Positions 1-7,807 of a stretch of DNA of 12,202 nt are shown piece after piece; position 1 is the stretch's first letter; the number at the start of each line of letters is the position of its first letter. The position numbers and the translations under genes are program-made. The DNA comes from a virus (taxonomy: Duplodnaviria > Heunggongvirae > Uroviricota > Caudoviricetes), in the IMG/VR virus record IMGVR_UViG_3300029840_000054, positions 1 through 12,202 of that record. The stretch is one strand, 5' to 3'. The notes under the pieces were generated by a model. That model had not been told where the DNA came from. It ran no database searches and saw nothing but the letters and a program-made list of their open reading frames with translations.

Positions 1-1681
1 TTCCGGCACCGCCGACATAACCACCTTCCGCATAGCCCCGCATCAGGCGGTACAGATTGCCGACACCAATCCGGCTGGTCGCCTCCTTCGTGAAGACAAA
101 CTCCCCGCGATGAACAATCCCCGCAGGTTCATATTTACCCCCCGTCCCCGTAAATCCCCCGGTCGCGAAATGGAAGTTCGCCGCCGCAGCCTGAATGGCT
201 GTACCGCCTGACGCGGATGCGCCGCCACCAACAGCCCCGCCAATGGCGCTGCCGATACTCCCGACTATCCCCACCATCGCCTGCTTCAGAAAAATCTCTG
301 TCAGCATGGACAGCACAGAACGGGTGAAACCACGCCAGTTCTGTTCGCTGCCGGTCAGCATCGCTGCCATATTCTGTGCAATACCGTCAAAGGTCTGCGT
401 GGCCGCGTTTTTAACCTGCGAAAAACTGTCCGTCGCACTTTCCGCCCACTCGCCCCAGCCGGACTTCATCCCGGCCATCCAGCTTCCACGAAGCTGCTCC
501 TCCGCAGACCAGGTGTTCTTCAGTGCAGATGTGGCCTTCGCCAGCGCAACCGGATTATCACCGTACACCTCACGAAGGCGCTGCTCTTCCGACTCCCGCT
601 GCGCCTGACGGTCGGTGAGTCCGCGGGCTTTTGCGCTGATTGCCGCCTGCTTCGCGCTCTGCTGCTGTTCAAACCGCGCCGCCTGCTGTGCCAGCTCATT
701 CAGCCGTTTCTGGTGTTCAATCTTGTCGCCCAGCTCAGCCAGCTGGCGTTTGTACTCCAGCGTTTCTTTCTCATGGGCCAGCAGGGATTTTTCCTGCTCA
801 GATAACTGCCGTTTCGTGGCAGCCTCTTTCAGGACCGCATACTGACTTTCCGCCTTCCATAAATCACGGCGCTGCCGGCTGATTTTCTCATTCGCACCGC
901 TGTGTTTTTCCAGCGTCCTGAGCTCAGCTTCAAGGGCAAGCAGAGCCTCTCTTGCCTGCTCCTCTTCCCTCTCCCCGGCAGAGCGCGTTTTCGGTGATGT
1001 ATGCTTTTTACCTGTCAGCTCTTCAGCCAGACGGCTGACGGCTTCCTGCTGCCCAGGACCTTTGCTGACGCCTGTTGCACGCGAGCGGTTGATGTACCCC
1101 ATTTCCCCCTGGCGTATACGCGCATCCCGTTCCGCAATGGATTTTCTCAGCGCCAGTTCATCGCGTTTTGTTTTCTCAATAAATACGCGGTTCTCTTCTG
1201 CCAGTTCACCAAACAACGCACCAACGCCGGGCACATTCTTTGTCGTTTCCCAGGCTGACTGAATAAATTCAGCCAGCGCCAGATCCCCCTGCACAAGCAG
1301 CAGCTTCACCTGTTCAACGGTTCCGGCCACCACGTCAGTGATCAGACTGAGTGCCCCCAGTGTATGATCACCTATCCATGCCCATGCGTCAGAAGTCCAG
1401 GTTTTAACATCGTCCCAGATTTTTTCCACCGGCGTGGCCGCTTTATCAAGTTGCTCCAGACGTGCATTCATGACATCCGCAAACAGGGACATCGCCTCCG
1501 TCACCGCAGCCTGTTTACCTTTCGTGCGCTCAAGCTCATCAATATGGCGTAACTGGGAAACGCTCAGGAAGTTATACTGCTGATTCAGGGAGGCCAGCGC
1601 CTTCACCGGATCTGCTGCAATCCCTTCAAAGGCTTTTTCCACCTTCCCGGCATCGTCCCCCACCGTCTGCAGCCATCTCTG
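1..1681 (-). CDS. H: tail tape measure protein, C-proximal continuation (partial, runs off window at position 1; no start codon visible for this frame)
   Basis: Minus-strand translation is open from about 1681 to 1 and reads ...EALLALEAELRTLEKHSGANEKISRQRRDLWKAESQ...GTGGKYEPAGIVHRGEFVFTKEATSRIGVGNLYRLMRGY..., colinear with lambda gpH. Absent from the ORF track, presumably because it has no stop inside the window. Confidence 0.85.
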
Positions 1682-1691
1682 NNNNNNNNNN
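1682..1691. other. run of 10 ambiguous bases (N) at the tape-measure junction
   Basis: Literal n characters in the sequence. Confidence 1.
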
Positions 1692-1724
1692 TAAAGCCCT
1701 TGAACCTCTTCATAGCTCCTCCAA

Positions 1725-2459
1725 TTACTTTGACATTAGGATTTGTAGGTCTGCAGCGGTATATTTCCCGCTTTCTGCCAGACGGGCCAGATTTTCTGCC
1801 GCCTGTCTGATACCACCACCGGCTTCATCGCTGATCACCCCGGCCATTTTCCACAATTCTGCCGTTGTGGTGGCAGCCGCCCCTCCGGTCAGGATCAGTG
1901 AACGCAATAAGGCCCGGTCAGCCTGCTCTGCCTGCCAGGCGGCGGCAGCAAGCGCGGCCAGTACGGCAACCCCGCCACCTGCCGCCACACGGGCCACCGA
2001 CATAAATCGTCCCAGCTCACCGGCATTCCGGGCATTTTCAGCCAGTGCATTTGCCGTATCTGACAGCGACTCCTCTGATGATTCAGAGGCATCCCTGATC
2101 CCGAGAAGTTCCTCCTTCAGCAGGGTAAGCAGGCTGAGCGGTCCACCGAATGAATCGCTGATCTGCCCCCCCTGCTGCAGCATGATAAGGAAGGGATTCT
2201 GACCACCGGCAAGCTGAGTGACAATATCCGTGAACTGTGCGGGCAGTGTGCGCATGGCAGCCTTATACTGTCCGACTGATATCCCGGCTTTTTGTGCAGC
2301 CAGCGCCTGTCGGCTCAGCCCCTGTTCAACAGTACTGGCGGTTTTTCTGGCATCCGCCTCCAGACTGGAAAAATGACGGCGTACCCGGGCCATCTGTTCA
2401 TCAAACCGGGCCGCATCCAGACTCAAATCAATAACCAGATCACCCGCTGGCTGGGACAT
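1725..2459 (-). CDS. H: tail tape measure protein, N-terminal 244-aa fragment ending at an in-frame TAA
   Basis: Track ORF begins MSQPAGDLVIDLSLDAARFDEQMARVRRHFS...AGISVGQYKAAMRTLPAQFTD..., matching the lambda gpH N-terminus. SD-like GGAGGTG lies upstream of the ATG. Stop at 1725-1727. Confidence 0.85.
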   Translation of the reverse strand: MSQPAGDLVIDLSLDAARFDEQMARVRRHFSSLEADARKTASTVEQGLSRQALAAQKAGISVGQYKAAMRTLPAQFTDIVTQLAGGQNPFLIMLQQGGQISDSFGGPLSLLTLLKEELLGIRDASESSEESLSDTANALAENARNAGELGRFMSVARVAAGGGVAVLAALAAAAWQAEQADRALLRSLILTGGAAATTTAELWKMAGVISDEAGGGIRQAAENLARLAESGKYTAADLQILMSK

Positions 2460-2495
2460 ATCTCACACCTCCGGAAATCCCCGCTGAAGCCATCA

Positions 2496-2861
2496 TTAAT
2501 GCAACATCATCCTCGCTGACATCCACCACATCCGCAGAAGGTGAAATATCGCGCCCTCCGTCCCCTCCGAACCGGACGCCTCCGGCATCTCCGTCTGCTC
2601 TTCCTCACACGCTGGAGCAAGCAGACTGAAATCCGCCGGATGCATATCCGGATCGCCAAAAAACAGGCTGAGTACGGCGTACATCAGCCCGGAAAAATGA
2701 GCGTCCAGTTGGGTATCCTGAAAATAATGCGTGCAGTAAAAACGTCGCCAGTCGGCATATTCGGTGGATGTCATCCCGGCAAGCATGGCGCGCCAGTCGG
2801 GTCTCCCCATCTCTCGCGCCAGTTTCAGGACAAAGTTCAGCTCGCCTTCGAATGCTTTTTT
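2496..2861 (-). CDS. T: tail assembly chaperone, -1 frame portion of the G-T fusion (gpT part)
   Basis: Track ORF 2496..2810 (...TSTEYADWRRFYCTHYFQDTQLDAHFSGLMYAVLSLFFGDPDMHPADFSLL...) resembles lambda gpT and lies in the -1 frame relative to G. That frame is open back to the slippery heptamer at 2855-2861. Confidence 0.75.
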   Translation of the reverse strand, partial: KKAFEGELNFVLKLAREMGRPDWRAMLAGMTSTEYADWRRFYCTHYFQDTQLDAHFSGLMYAVLSLFFGDPDMHPADFSLLAPACEEEQTEMPEASGSEGTEGAIFHLLRMWWMSARMMLH

Positions 2862-3259
2862 GATGTTACCGGCTCAGTCGCTTCTGCTTTCCCGGTTTGT
2901 TCAGGATCGGCATCGTGCCGGTTATCCAGCATACCTGAAAGATAAAGCACCCGGTTCGTTGCCTGATTCAGTGCATCAGCAGGCCATCCCAGCATAACTT
3001 CACGGCGGATCTGCTGCATCTCTGTCTCCGGAGAGGCCAGAGTGCCTTTGAGGGAATGGGTATGCCATAGCGACATCGCCACAAGCAGGGATGCCGTTTC
3101 CAGATATCGCTGGTTAATGTGCACGACATCATGCTTCGTTGTCTCCTGTTGTTCTGCGTCTGAAACAAACTTTATATAATCAAACCGCTGCAGCGCAGAC
3201 AATTCGGAAAGCGTGACGGACACACCGTTATATTCAAATTGTTCTGTTTTCAGAAACAT
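2837..3259 (-). CDS. G: tail assembly chaperone gpG
   Basis: 140 aa, MFLKTEQFEYNGVSVTLSELSALQR..., same length as and colinear with lambda gpG. SD GGAGGT upstream. Confidence 0.9.
   Translation of the reverse strand: MFLKTEQFEYNGVSVTLSELSALQRFDYIKFVSDAEQQETTKHDVVHINQRYLETASLLVAMSLWHTHSLKGTLASPETEMQQIRREVMLGWPADALNQATNRVLYLSGMLDNRHDADPEQTGKAEATEPVTSKKHSKAS
2855..2861 (-). promoter_or_regulatory. candidate programmed -1 ribosomal frameshift heptamer A_AAA_AAG (G to G-T)
   Basis: In the G frame the codons are TCA AAA AAG (..TSKKHSKAS*). The preceding A gives the X_XXY_YYZ pattern, and the -1 frame from here runs without a stop into the T-like ORF. Confidence 0.6.
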
Positions 3260-3272
3260 GTATTACCTCCGT

Positions 3273-4025
3273 TTACCCTGCAGCGCCCGCTTCAGTAACG
3301 GTGACTTCAGCCACTGCGGCGAACTGACCATTTCCGCTCACCACAGGGATCTGCACCTTACCTGTCGCCACGCCGTTTACCGTAATTGTCATATCTTTCA
3401 CACTAATGGTGGCTTTCGACGGATCGGCGGAAACCGCTCTGAACGTCTTGTCGGTTGCACTTTCCGGCTCCAAAGAAACCGTCAGGGTGGTTGTTTTCCC
3501 TTTTGCCACCGTACCGGATGTCGGCGTCACCTTAATCGCACTGACCGGCGTAATTTTGCTGCGTTCTTCCGCTACAGAAGGTTTACCCACGTTAGTGACT
3601 TTCACCGTGCGGGTAATCACTTCTTTCGCCGTCACGGCCTTACCGATACTGCTGACCCAGCCACGAAACACATCCACCGTGCCATTCGGAAAACGGATTT
3701 TATAGGCCCGGACATCGCCGCTTTCAAACCAGCCTATAAGCCCTTTCTGGCCTTCCTCTCCCGGTTTCCAGGCCAGCGTAAAACTGGTATCACCTGCAGA
3801 TTTCTGCCCCTGCCCGGTCGCGCTCCAGTCCGCGTCTTCATCATCCAGGTAGTTATCATCGTAGGATTCAGCCGTCATCTCGCCCGGCGTCAGATCCTTC
3901 ACCTTAGCCAGTCGCTGCCAGTCATCGTCTGACAACGGGTTTGCATAAGCATCACCCTTGCCGTTGTAAACCCACAGAGTGGTACCGGCACCTTTTACCG
4001 GCTCAAGGGGATTTGGTGTTGCCAT
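3273..4025 (-). CDS. V: major tail tube protein gpV
   Basis: 250 aa; ...[50 protein letters not shown]... is near-identical to lambda gpV. Confidence 0.95.
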   Translation of the reverse strand: MATPNPLEPVKGAGTTLWVYNGKGDAYANPLSDDDWQRLAKVKDLTPGEMTAESYDDNYLDDEDADWSATGQGQKSAGDTSFTLAWKPGEEGQKGLIGWFESGDVRAYKIRFPNGTVDVFRGWVSSIGKAVTAKEVITRTVKVTNVGKPSVAEERSKITPVSAIKVTPTSGTVAKGKTTTLTVSLEPESATDKTFRAVSADPSKATISVKDMTITVNGVATGKVQIPVVSGNGQFAAVAEVTVTEAGAAG

Positions 4026-4032
4026 ATCGTCC

Positions 4033-4428
4033 TCACATCTCGTATGTAATGGAATAAGTCAGATCTGCAGAACTCCATAACGCCATATCGTCATCACGAC
4101 GATACTCATAGCCCTGCGTAACCATCGTGGTAATCAGTCCTGCCAGTGCCGGGATCTCGGTCATCGCCGGGTAAATCCGGCTTTCCATCCACTGATCAAG
4201 CTCTGAATCCGGTACCTGTGCCGGTAAAAACACCTCAATATGCAGCGTGGCCCGCCAGGTATCTGCATCCAGCTCTTCACCGGTATACTCTGCATCCGTC
4301 AGATAAACCGCGATCGCAGGAAAATCCTCTTCGTCAAAAACAACGGGGCGACCATCAAACAGCGTCGCCCCGTGTTCATGCTGCTCGAGTGCATCCAGCA
4401 CTGCGGCACGAATGTCAGTGTGTTTCAT
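4033..4428 (-). CDS. U: tail terminator protein gpU
   Basis: 131 aa, [28 protein letters not shown]...LTYSITYEM, colinear with lambda gpU (131 aa). Confidence 0.95.
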   Translation of the reverse strand: MKHTDIRAAVLDALEQHEHGATLFDGRPVVFDEEDFPAIAVYLTDAEYTGEELDADTWRATLHIEVFLPAQVPDSELDQWMESRIYPAMTEIPALAGLITTMVTQGYEYRRDDDMALWSSADLTYSITYEM

Positions 4429-4958
4429 CGTTTTATTGCAATCCTCAGTTGTTGTTTCAGCGCGTATGCCAGTTCTTTAGGCAGGCGTTCACGCCGGATA
4501 CGGTCAACATTCTCATCAAATGCCTGTTTCAGTGGGGCCGCCATCGGGATTTTCACCACATCAATGGGGTAACGGTTTTTCCCGGCCACACGCTGCATGA
4601 CATGCCAGCGACCATTTTTTAATCGCTGAATAAATGCCCGCTGATACCGATGCTGACCGGCTTTAAGTATGCTGTTCGGGCGACGCCCCAGCATCCTGAT
4701 CCCCAGCTTANNNNNNNNNNNNNNNNCGCGGTTAACGATAATTCTGGCATTCGGATTTCTGACCGTCGCCCGTTTCAGTCTGGACCGTTCCTTTACCAGT
4801 TTCCGTCTCACCCTGGTTTCCCGGGCAACCTGTGACGAAGACTGATTAATCGCCGTTGTGGCCACGCGGTTAATGGTCATTGCAGAAGCAGCCGGAATGG
4901 CGTTTTTACGAACCCGGCTCAGATTGTCAATCGCCTGATCAAGCCCTTTTATCGCCAT
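4425..4958 (-). CDS. Z: tail completion protein gpZ (contains a 16-nt N run)
   Basis: MAIKGLDQAIDNLSRVRKNAIPAASAMTINRVA...NGRWHVMQRVAGKNRYPIDVVKIPMA... matches lambda gpZ. Start overlaps the U stop. Confidence 0.9.
   Translation of the reverse strand: MAIKGLDQAIDNLSRVRKNAIPAASAMTINRVATTAINQSSSQVARETRVRRKLVKERSRLKRATVRNPNARIIVNRXXXXXXKLGIRMLGRRPNSILKAGQHRYQRAFIQRLKNGRWHVMQRVAGKNRYPIDVVKIPMAAPLKQAFDENVDRIRRERLPKELAYALKQQLRIAIKR
4711..4726. other. run of 16 ambiguous bases (N) inside Z
   Basis: Literal n characters. The Z frame is preserved across the run (6 X codons). Confidence 1.
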
Positions 4959-4972
4959 AATTAACCCTGCGT

Positions 4973-5326
4973 TTATCGTCGCCGGTTAACTGCGGGTGGT
5001 TGCCCACGGTTGAGCCAGAGATAACAGCTACCCCCGTCATCCGGAGAAACACGATCCACCCAGAATGTCTCACCATTAATGGTCAGCGTGTCACCACGCC
5101 GCACGGCACGAACCGTATCCGTCCGCACAAATAATGACGGGCTGCTTCCTTCAATACGGACCCCGCTACCGGCAAACCCCAGCGACTCCGGATCGTCAAA
5201 AACCCCCTGAACTTCGCTGCCACACTGTGCCCCCGAGGTGAACTGCGCACAGAGCCCCATCACTTCAACAATCGTTCTGTCCACCCCGGCAAGGGCAGCA
5301 TCAAAGGAATTCTCAAAATCACGCAT
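4973..5326 (-). CDS. FII: head-tail joining protein gpFII
   Basis: 117 aa; ...GVFDDPE...GVRIEGSSPSLFVRTD.VR..RRGDTL...FWVDRVSPDDGGSC.LWL.RG.PPAVNRRR is near-identical to lambda gpFII. Confidence 0.95.
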   Translation of the reverse strand: MRDFENSFDAALAGVDRTIVEVMGLCAQFTSGAQCGSEVQGVFDDPESLGFAGSGVRIEGSSPSLFVRTDTVRAVRRGDTLTINGETFWVDRVSPDDGGSCYLWLNRGQPPAVNRRR

Positions 5327-5683
5327 AAACGGCCATTCCGCTCCTGACCATGTCTTTTGCCACTGAGGGGGGCATCAGAATTACTCTGCCAGCATCAACA
5401 TGCTCAACAGGCTCACCTGTTTCATCGTCAACACCGCACAGGTAAAAACACTTCAGAAGCCTGATACGTTCCAGAATACCAACGTCATCCTCACCGGTGT
5501 GCCTGCATGCCTGCTCATGAACGGTATCATCAACATCTGCGATTTCATTTTCCGAGGCGCAAACCTCCTCTTCCCACTCTGCCACACGCTGTGCGATATC
5601 CGCAGCACCGACATATCCGCCTCGCGCCCCAGCAGACCAGCCAGTTCACGAAGACGTTTCTGATTTTCTTCTTTTGTTGCCAT
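5319..5683 (-). pseudogene. FI: DNA-packaging/head assembly protein gpFI-like, split across two reading frames
   Basis: An SD-preceded ATG at 5681-5683 (AGGGAG, 6-nt spacer) starts MATKEENQKRLRELAGLLGREADMS, like the lambda FI N-terminus. The rest of the FI-like sequence (..IAQRVAEWEEE...EPVEHVDAGRVILMPPSVAKDMVRSGMAVYA) is in the other track ORF (5319..5585), a different frame. Confidence 0.6.
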
Positions 5684-5696
5684 ATCCAGCTCCCTG

Positions 5697-5728
5697 TGAA
5701 AAAAACACGGGGGCATTTCGCCCCCGCT
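5697..5728 (-). terminator. intrinsic-terminator-like hairpin plus U tract in the E-FI intergenic region
   Basis: The mRNA strand reads GGGGGC-GAAAU-GCCCCC (6-bp GC stem, 5-nt loop) followed by GUGUUUUUU(U)CAC, just after the E stop and before the FI SD. Confidence 0.35.
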
Positions 5729-5734
5729 CACGGA

Positions 5735-6763
5735 TTATTTCACCTGTACCACCACAAACTCATCCGGATCCGGCAGCACCATCAGCGGCGCGGACTGCGT
5801 CATGGTGAATTCACAGGACGGATCGCCCACGGTCAGCCAGTGTTTCGGGTAACGGGAAGAAGCCACCACTCCTTCAGACAACGCCTGTGCATCCTTAATG
5901 GCTCCATAGCAACGAATCCCCTCTGCTGCCGTATTCCCCAGCACCAGCGTGCCCTCCGGCAGATAACGTTTTTCGGTACCGTCCTCTGCCACATAAGACG
6001 TTTTCGCTACCACAATGGCCAGATCGCCGTAATACCCCTTGAAGGATACCACTGCGCCCAGATCTTTCACTGCCGTTTCGAGTTGTGAGTTTGAACCGCG
6101 ACGGGTATCCATTTTTTCGCGGAAAAGCTTAAAGCCATTCAGCAGACGCCAGACGGTACCGTCCATAATGGCAATATTCACAAGACCACTGGCCTGATCA
6201 CAGAAAAGGTCGATATCATATGTCGGGTCGAACGTGTCACGATCCTGTTTTGACCACTCCTTACCGCTACCTTGTATGATGTTATTCTTCGTCGATCGGC
6301 CAAAATCGACTTCAATTTTCTCGAACTGGTCTCCTTCCATCGTATATTTGCCATACAGCACGGCATTCACCGCCTGCATTTCTTCCACCTGCACAATAGC
6401 GTGCTCTTCCTGTTTGAGGTTATCAGTGATGATACGCAGACGACGGTAGGCCGGGTCGTTCAGCTGAGCCGGATCTTCACCGGGAAGGCGCTCAACCGCC
6501 TGCTGGTAATTAAATTCGTGTTTCGGCTTGACGTAGCCCGGACGCAACACGCGGGTTTCACCACCACGATGGCGCAGCACTTTTCCTTCAACGATCGGGG
6601 AGACATAGGCCGCCACCGGCGTTTTTCCGGTAATTTTGTCCAGCATCACCTCTTCGGTGTGGAAATTCACCGTACGGCGGAAAAACAGCTCCAGAAATAG
6701 CGCACGGAATTTAACTTTTTGTTCGGTATAACCGAGTAACTGGCGGGTCGTAAACAATCCCAT
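5735..6763 (-). CDS. E: major capsid protein gpE
   Basis: 342 aa; ...YVSPIV.G.V.R.RGG...PGYVKPKHE...DPAYRR.RII...EEMQAV.AVL.GKYTM...FTM.QSAPLM.L.DPDEF is colinear with lambda gpE (341 aa). SD AAGGA upstream. Confidence 0.95.
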   Translation of the reverse strand: MGLFTTRQLLGYTEQKVKFRALFLELFFRRTVNFHTEEVMLDKITGKTPVAAYVSPIVEGKVLRHRGGETRVLRPGYVKPKHEFNYQQAVERLPGEDPAQLNDPAYRRLRIITDNLKQEEHAIVQVEEMQAVNAVLYGKYTMEGDQFEKIEVDFGRSTKNNIIQGSGKEWSKQDRDTFDPTYDIDLFCDQASGLVNIAIMDGTVWRLLNGFKLFREKMDTRRGSNSQLETAVKDLGAVVSFKGYYGDLAIVVAKTSYVAEDGTEKRYLPEGTLVLGNTAAEGIRCYGAIKDAQALSEGVVASSRYPKHWLTVGDPSCEFTMTQSAPLMVLPDPDEFVVVQVK

Positions 6764-6791
6764 AAATCAGTTCCTTTCATTCAGAAATCAG

Positions 6792-6813
6792 TCAGGCCAC
6801 CATGGTGGCCTGA
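6792..6813. repeat. 22-bp perfect palindrome TCAGGCCACCATGGTGGCCTGA in the D-E intergenic region
   Basis: The sequence equals its own reverse complement. It lies 8 nt after the D stop and about 28 nt before the E start. Confidence 0.9.
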
Positions 6814-6820
6814 TAACGTG

Positions 6821-7168
6821 TTACGGCAGAGCCGCGTGACTCAGGGCTGTGCCGGCAAAGGCATTTGCCTTTTTGTGTTCATCCACACTGTCAGGCCAGC
6901 GGATTGCCTCCGTCGCAAAGGTCCCCGACTTGTAATAGGTCAGCACCGTCTCTGTGCCTTCAAGCGGCAGTACCAGTATGCCAACCGCACTACCGGCTTT
7001 CTGTCCATCCCAGACCACCAGTTTCCCGGTGGCTTCATCCAGCATCAGGGGCGTCAGAGCCGGTGTTGCAGAAGAAATCCCGCTGCTGCCTGTGGCGGTA
7101 TGAGCCGGATCATTACCAGCAAAAATACGTACTTCCGCACGCTGTTCAGTGATGGTTTTCGTTACCAT
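6821..7168 (-). CDS. D: head decoration protein gpD
   Basis: 115 aa; ...DPAHTAT...TPLMLD...KLV.WDG...AVGIL...YYKSGTF...AFAGTA.S matches lambda gpD. Confidence 0.95.
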   Translation of the reverse strand: MVTKTITEQRAEVRIFAGNDPAHTATGSSGISSATPALTPLMLDEATGKLVVWDGQKAGSAVGILVLPLEGTETVLTYYKSGTFATEAIRWPDSVDEHKKANAFAGTALSHAALP

Positions 7169-7204
7169 ATTGTAAAAACCTCATATTGATGGTCAGCACT
7201 GACT

Positions 7205-7807
7205 TCATGGCATGGCCATGAGCATTTTCACGTCCGCATCACCGTCTGCCGACGTCTGTGACACGCCACCCTGCACGGCTGCCGGTGAATGGTTCGCCAT
7301 GATGCGTTCAAACATGGCGGTTGTGGATGCAGAAACCGGTTCTGCTTTATCCGGCGATGAGGAGAGAATGTCGCGGGCAGCCTCCACCGTCATTCCGGGA
7401 AACGCCGCCAGTTTTTCAGCCTGCGCCTCAGCCCCTTTTGCCTCATCCAGAGCCATAATCTGATCACGGAGTGAGGGTCCGGCATCCGCCTGCGGTGAAG
7501 CCGCCAGGATCGGGCGGGCTTTTTCCACCGTCATATCCGGCATCGCCGCCAGCGTTGCCGCCAGTTGTTCACGACCTTTAGCCTCTTCACACGCCATAAT
7601 GCGATCGGCTTCACTCTGCGTGGATGCCACCGGCTGCTGTGGTGCTGCCGCGGTCAGAATCGCCCGGGCCTGTTCAACGCTCATGCCCTGTTGTCCTGCC
7701 AGCATCGTGGCAAGCTGTTCACGTCCCTTCGCTTCCTGACACGTCAGGATCCCCATCACTCGCTGGTTCTCCTGCGCGGCAGCTTCCGTTGCAGTTAATT
7801 GCGGCAT
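7205..7807 (-). CDS. nu3: nested in-frame scaffolding protein (Nu3-like), C-terminal 200 aa of C
   Basis: Internal ATG at 7805-7807 (M302 of C, MPQLTAT...) is preceded by a perfect AGGAGG SD, 4-nt spacer, encoded within C codons. Lambda nu3 is likewise the in-frame C-terminal ~200 aa of C. Confidence 0.65.
   Translation of the reverse strand: MPQLTATEAAAQENQRVMGILTCQEAKGREQLATMLAGQQGMSVEQARAILTAAAPQQPVASTQSEADRIMACEEAKGREQLAATLAAMPDMTVEKARPILAASPQADAGPSLRDQIMALDEAKGAEAQAEKLAAFPGMTVEAARDILSSSPDKAEPVSASTTAMFERIMANHSPAAVQGGVSQTSADGDADVKMLMAMP

Noticed and set aside
1692-1713. MKRFKGF... as a small independent gene inserted in H
   Set aside because: Only 7 codons are visible before the N run, and by my frame reading it does not connect to the downstream tape-measure frame. 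It is kept as part of the H-disruption finding rather than called a gene.
2887-2893. GGGAAAG heptamer as the G-T frameshift site (the lambda-type signal)
   Set aside because: It is read GGG AAA in the G frame rather than G_GGA_AAG, and the -1 frame from it terminates at TGA four codons later. The correctly phased A_AAA_AAG at 2855-2861 is the better candidate.
3213-3932. Plus-strand ORF of 239 aa (and similar plus-strand ORFs at 195-608, 5507-6088, 8120-8695, 11283-11969)
   Set aside because: Each lies antisense inside a well-supported minus-strand phage gene, has the R/P/C/H-rich low-complexity composition typical of antisense reading of GC-rich coding DNA, and lacks a start context.
5453-5731. 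GTG start at 5731 (MSGGEMPP...) as the true FI start
   Set aside because: That start lies inside the E-FI hairpin and has no SD. The ATG at 5683 has AGGGAG with a 6-nt spacer and begins the FI-like sequence MATKEENQKRLRELAG.
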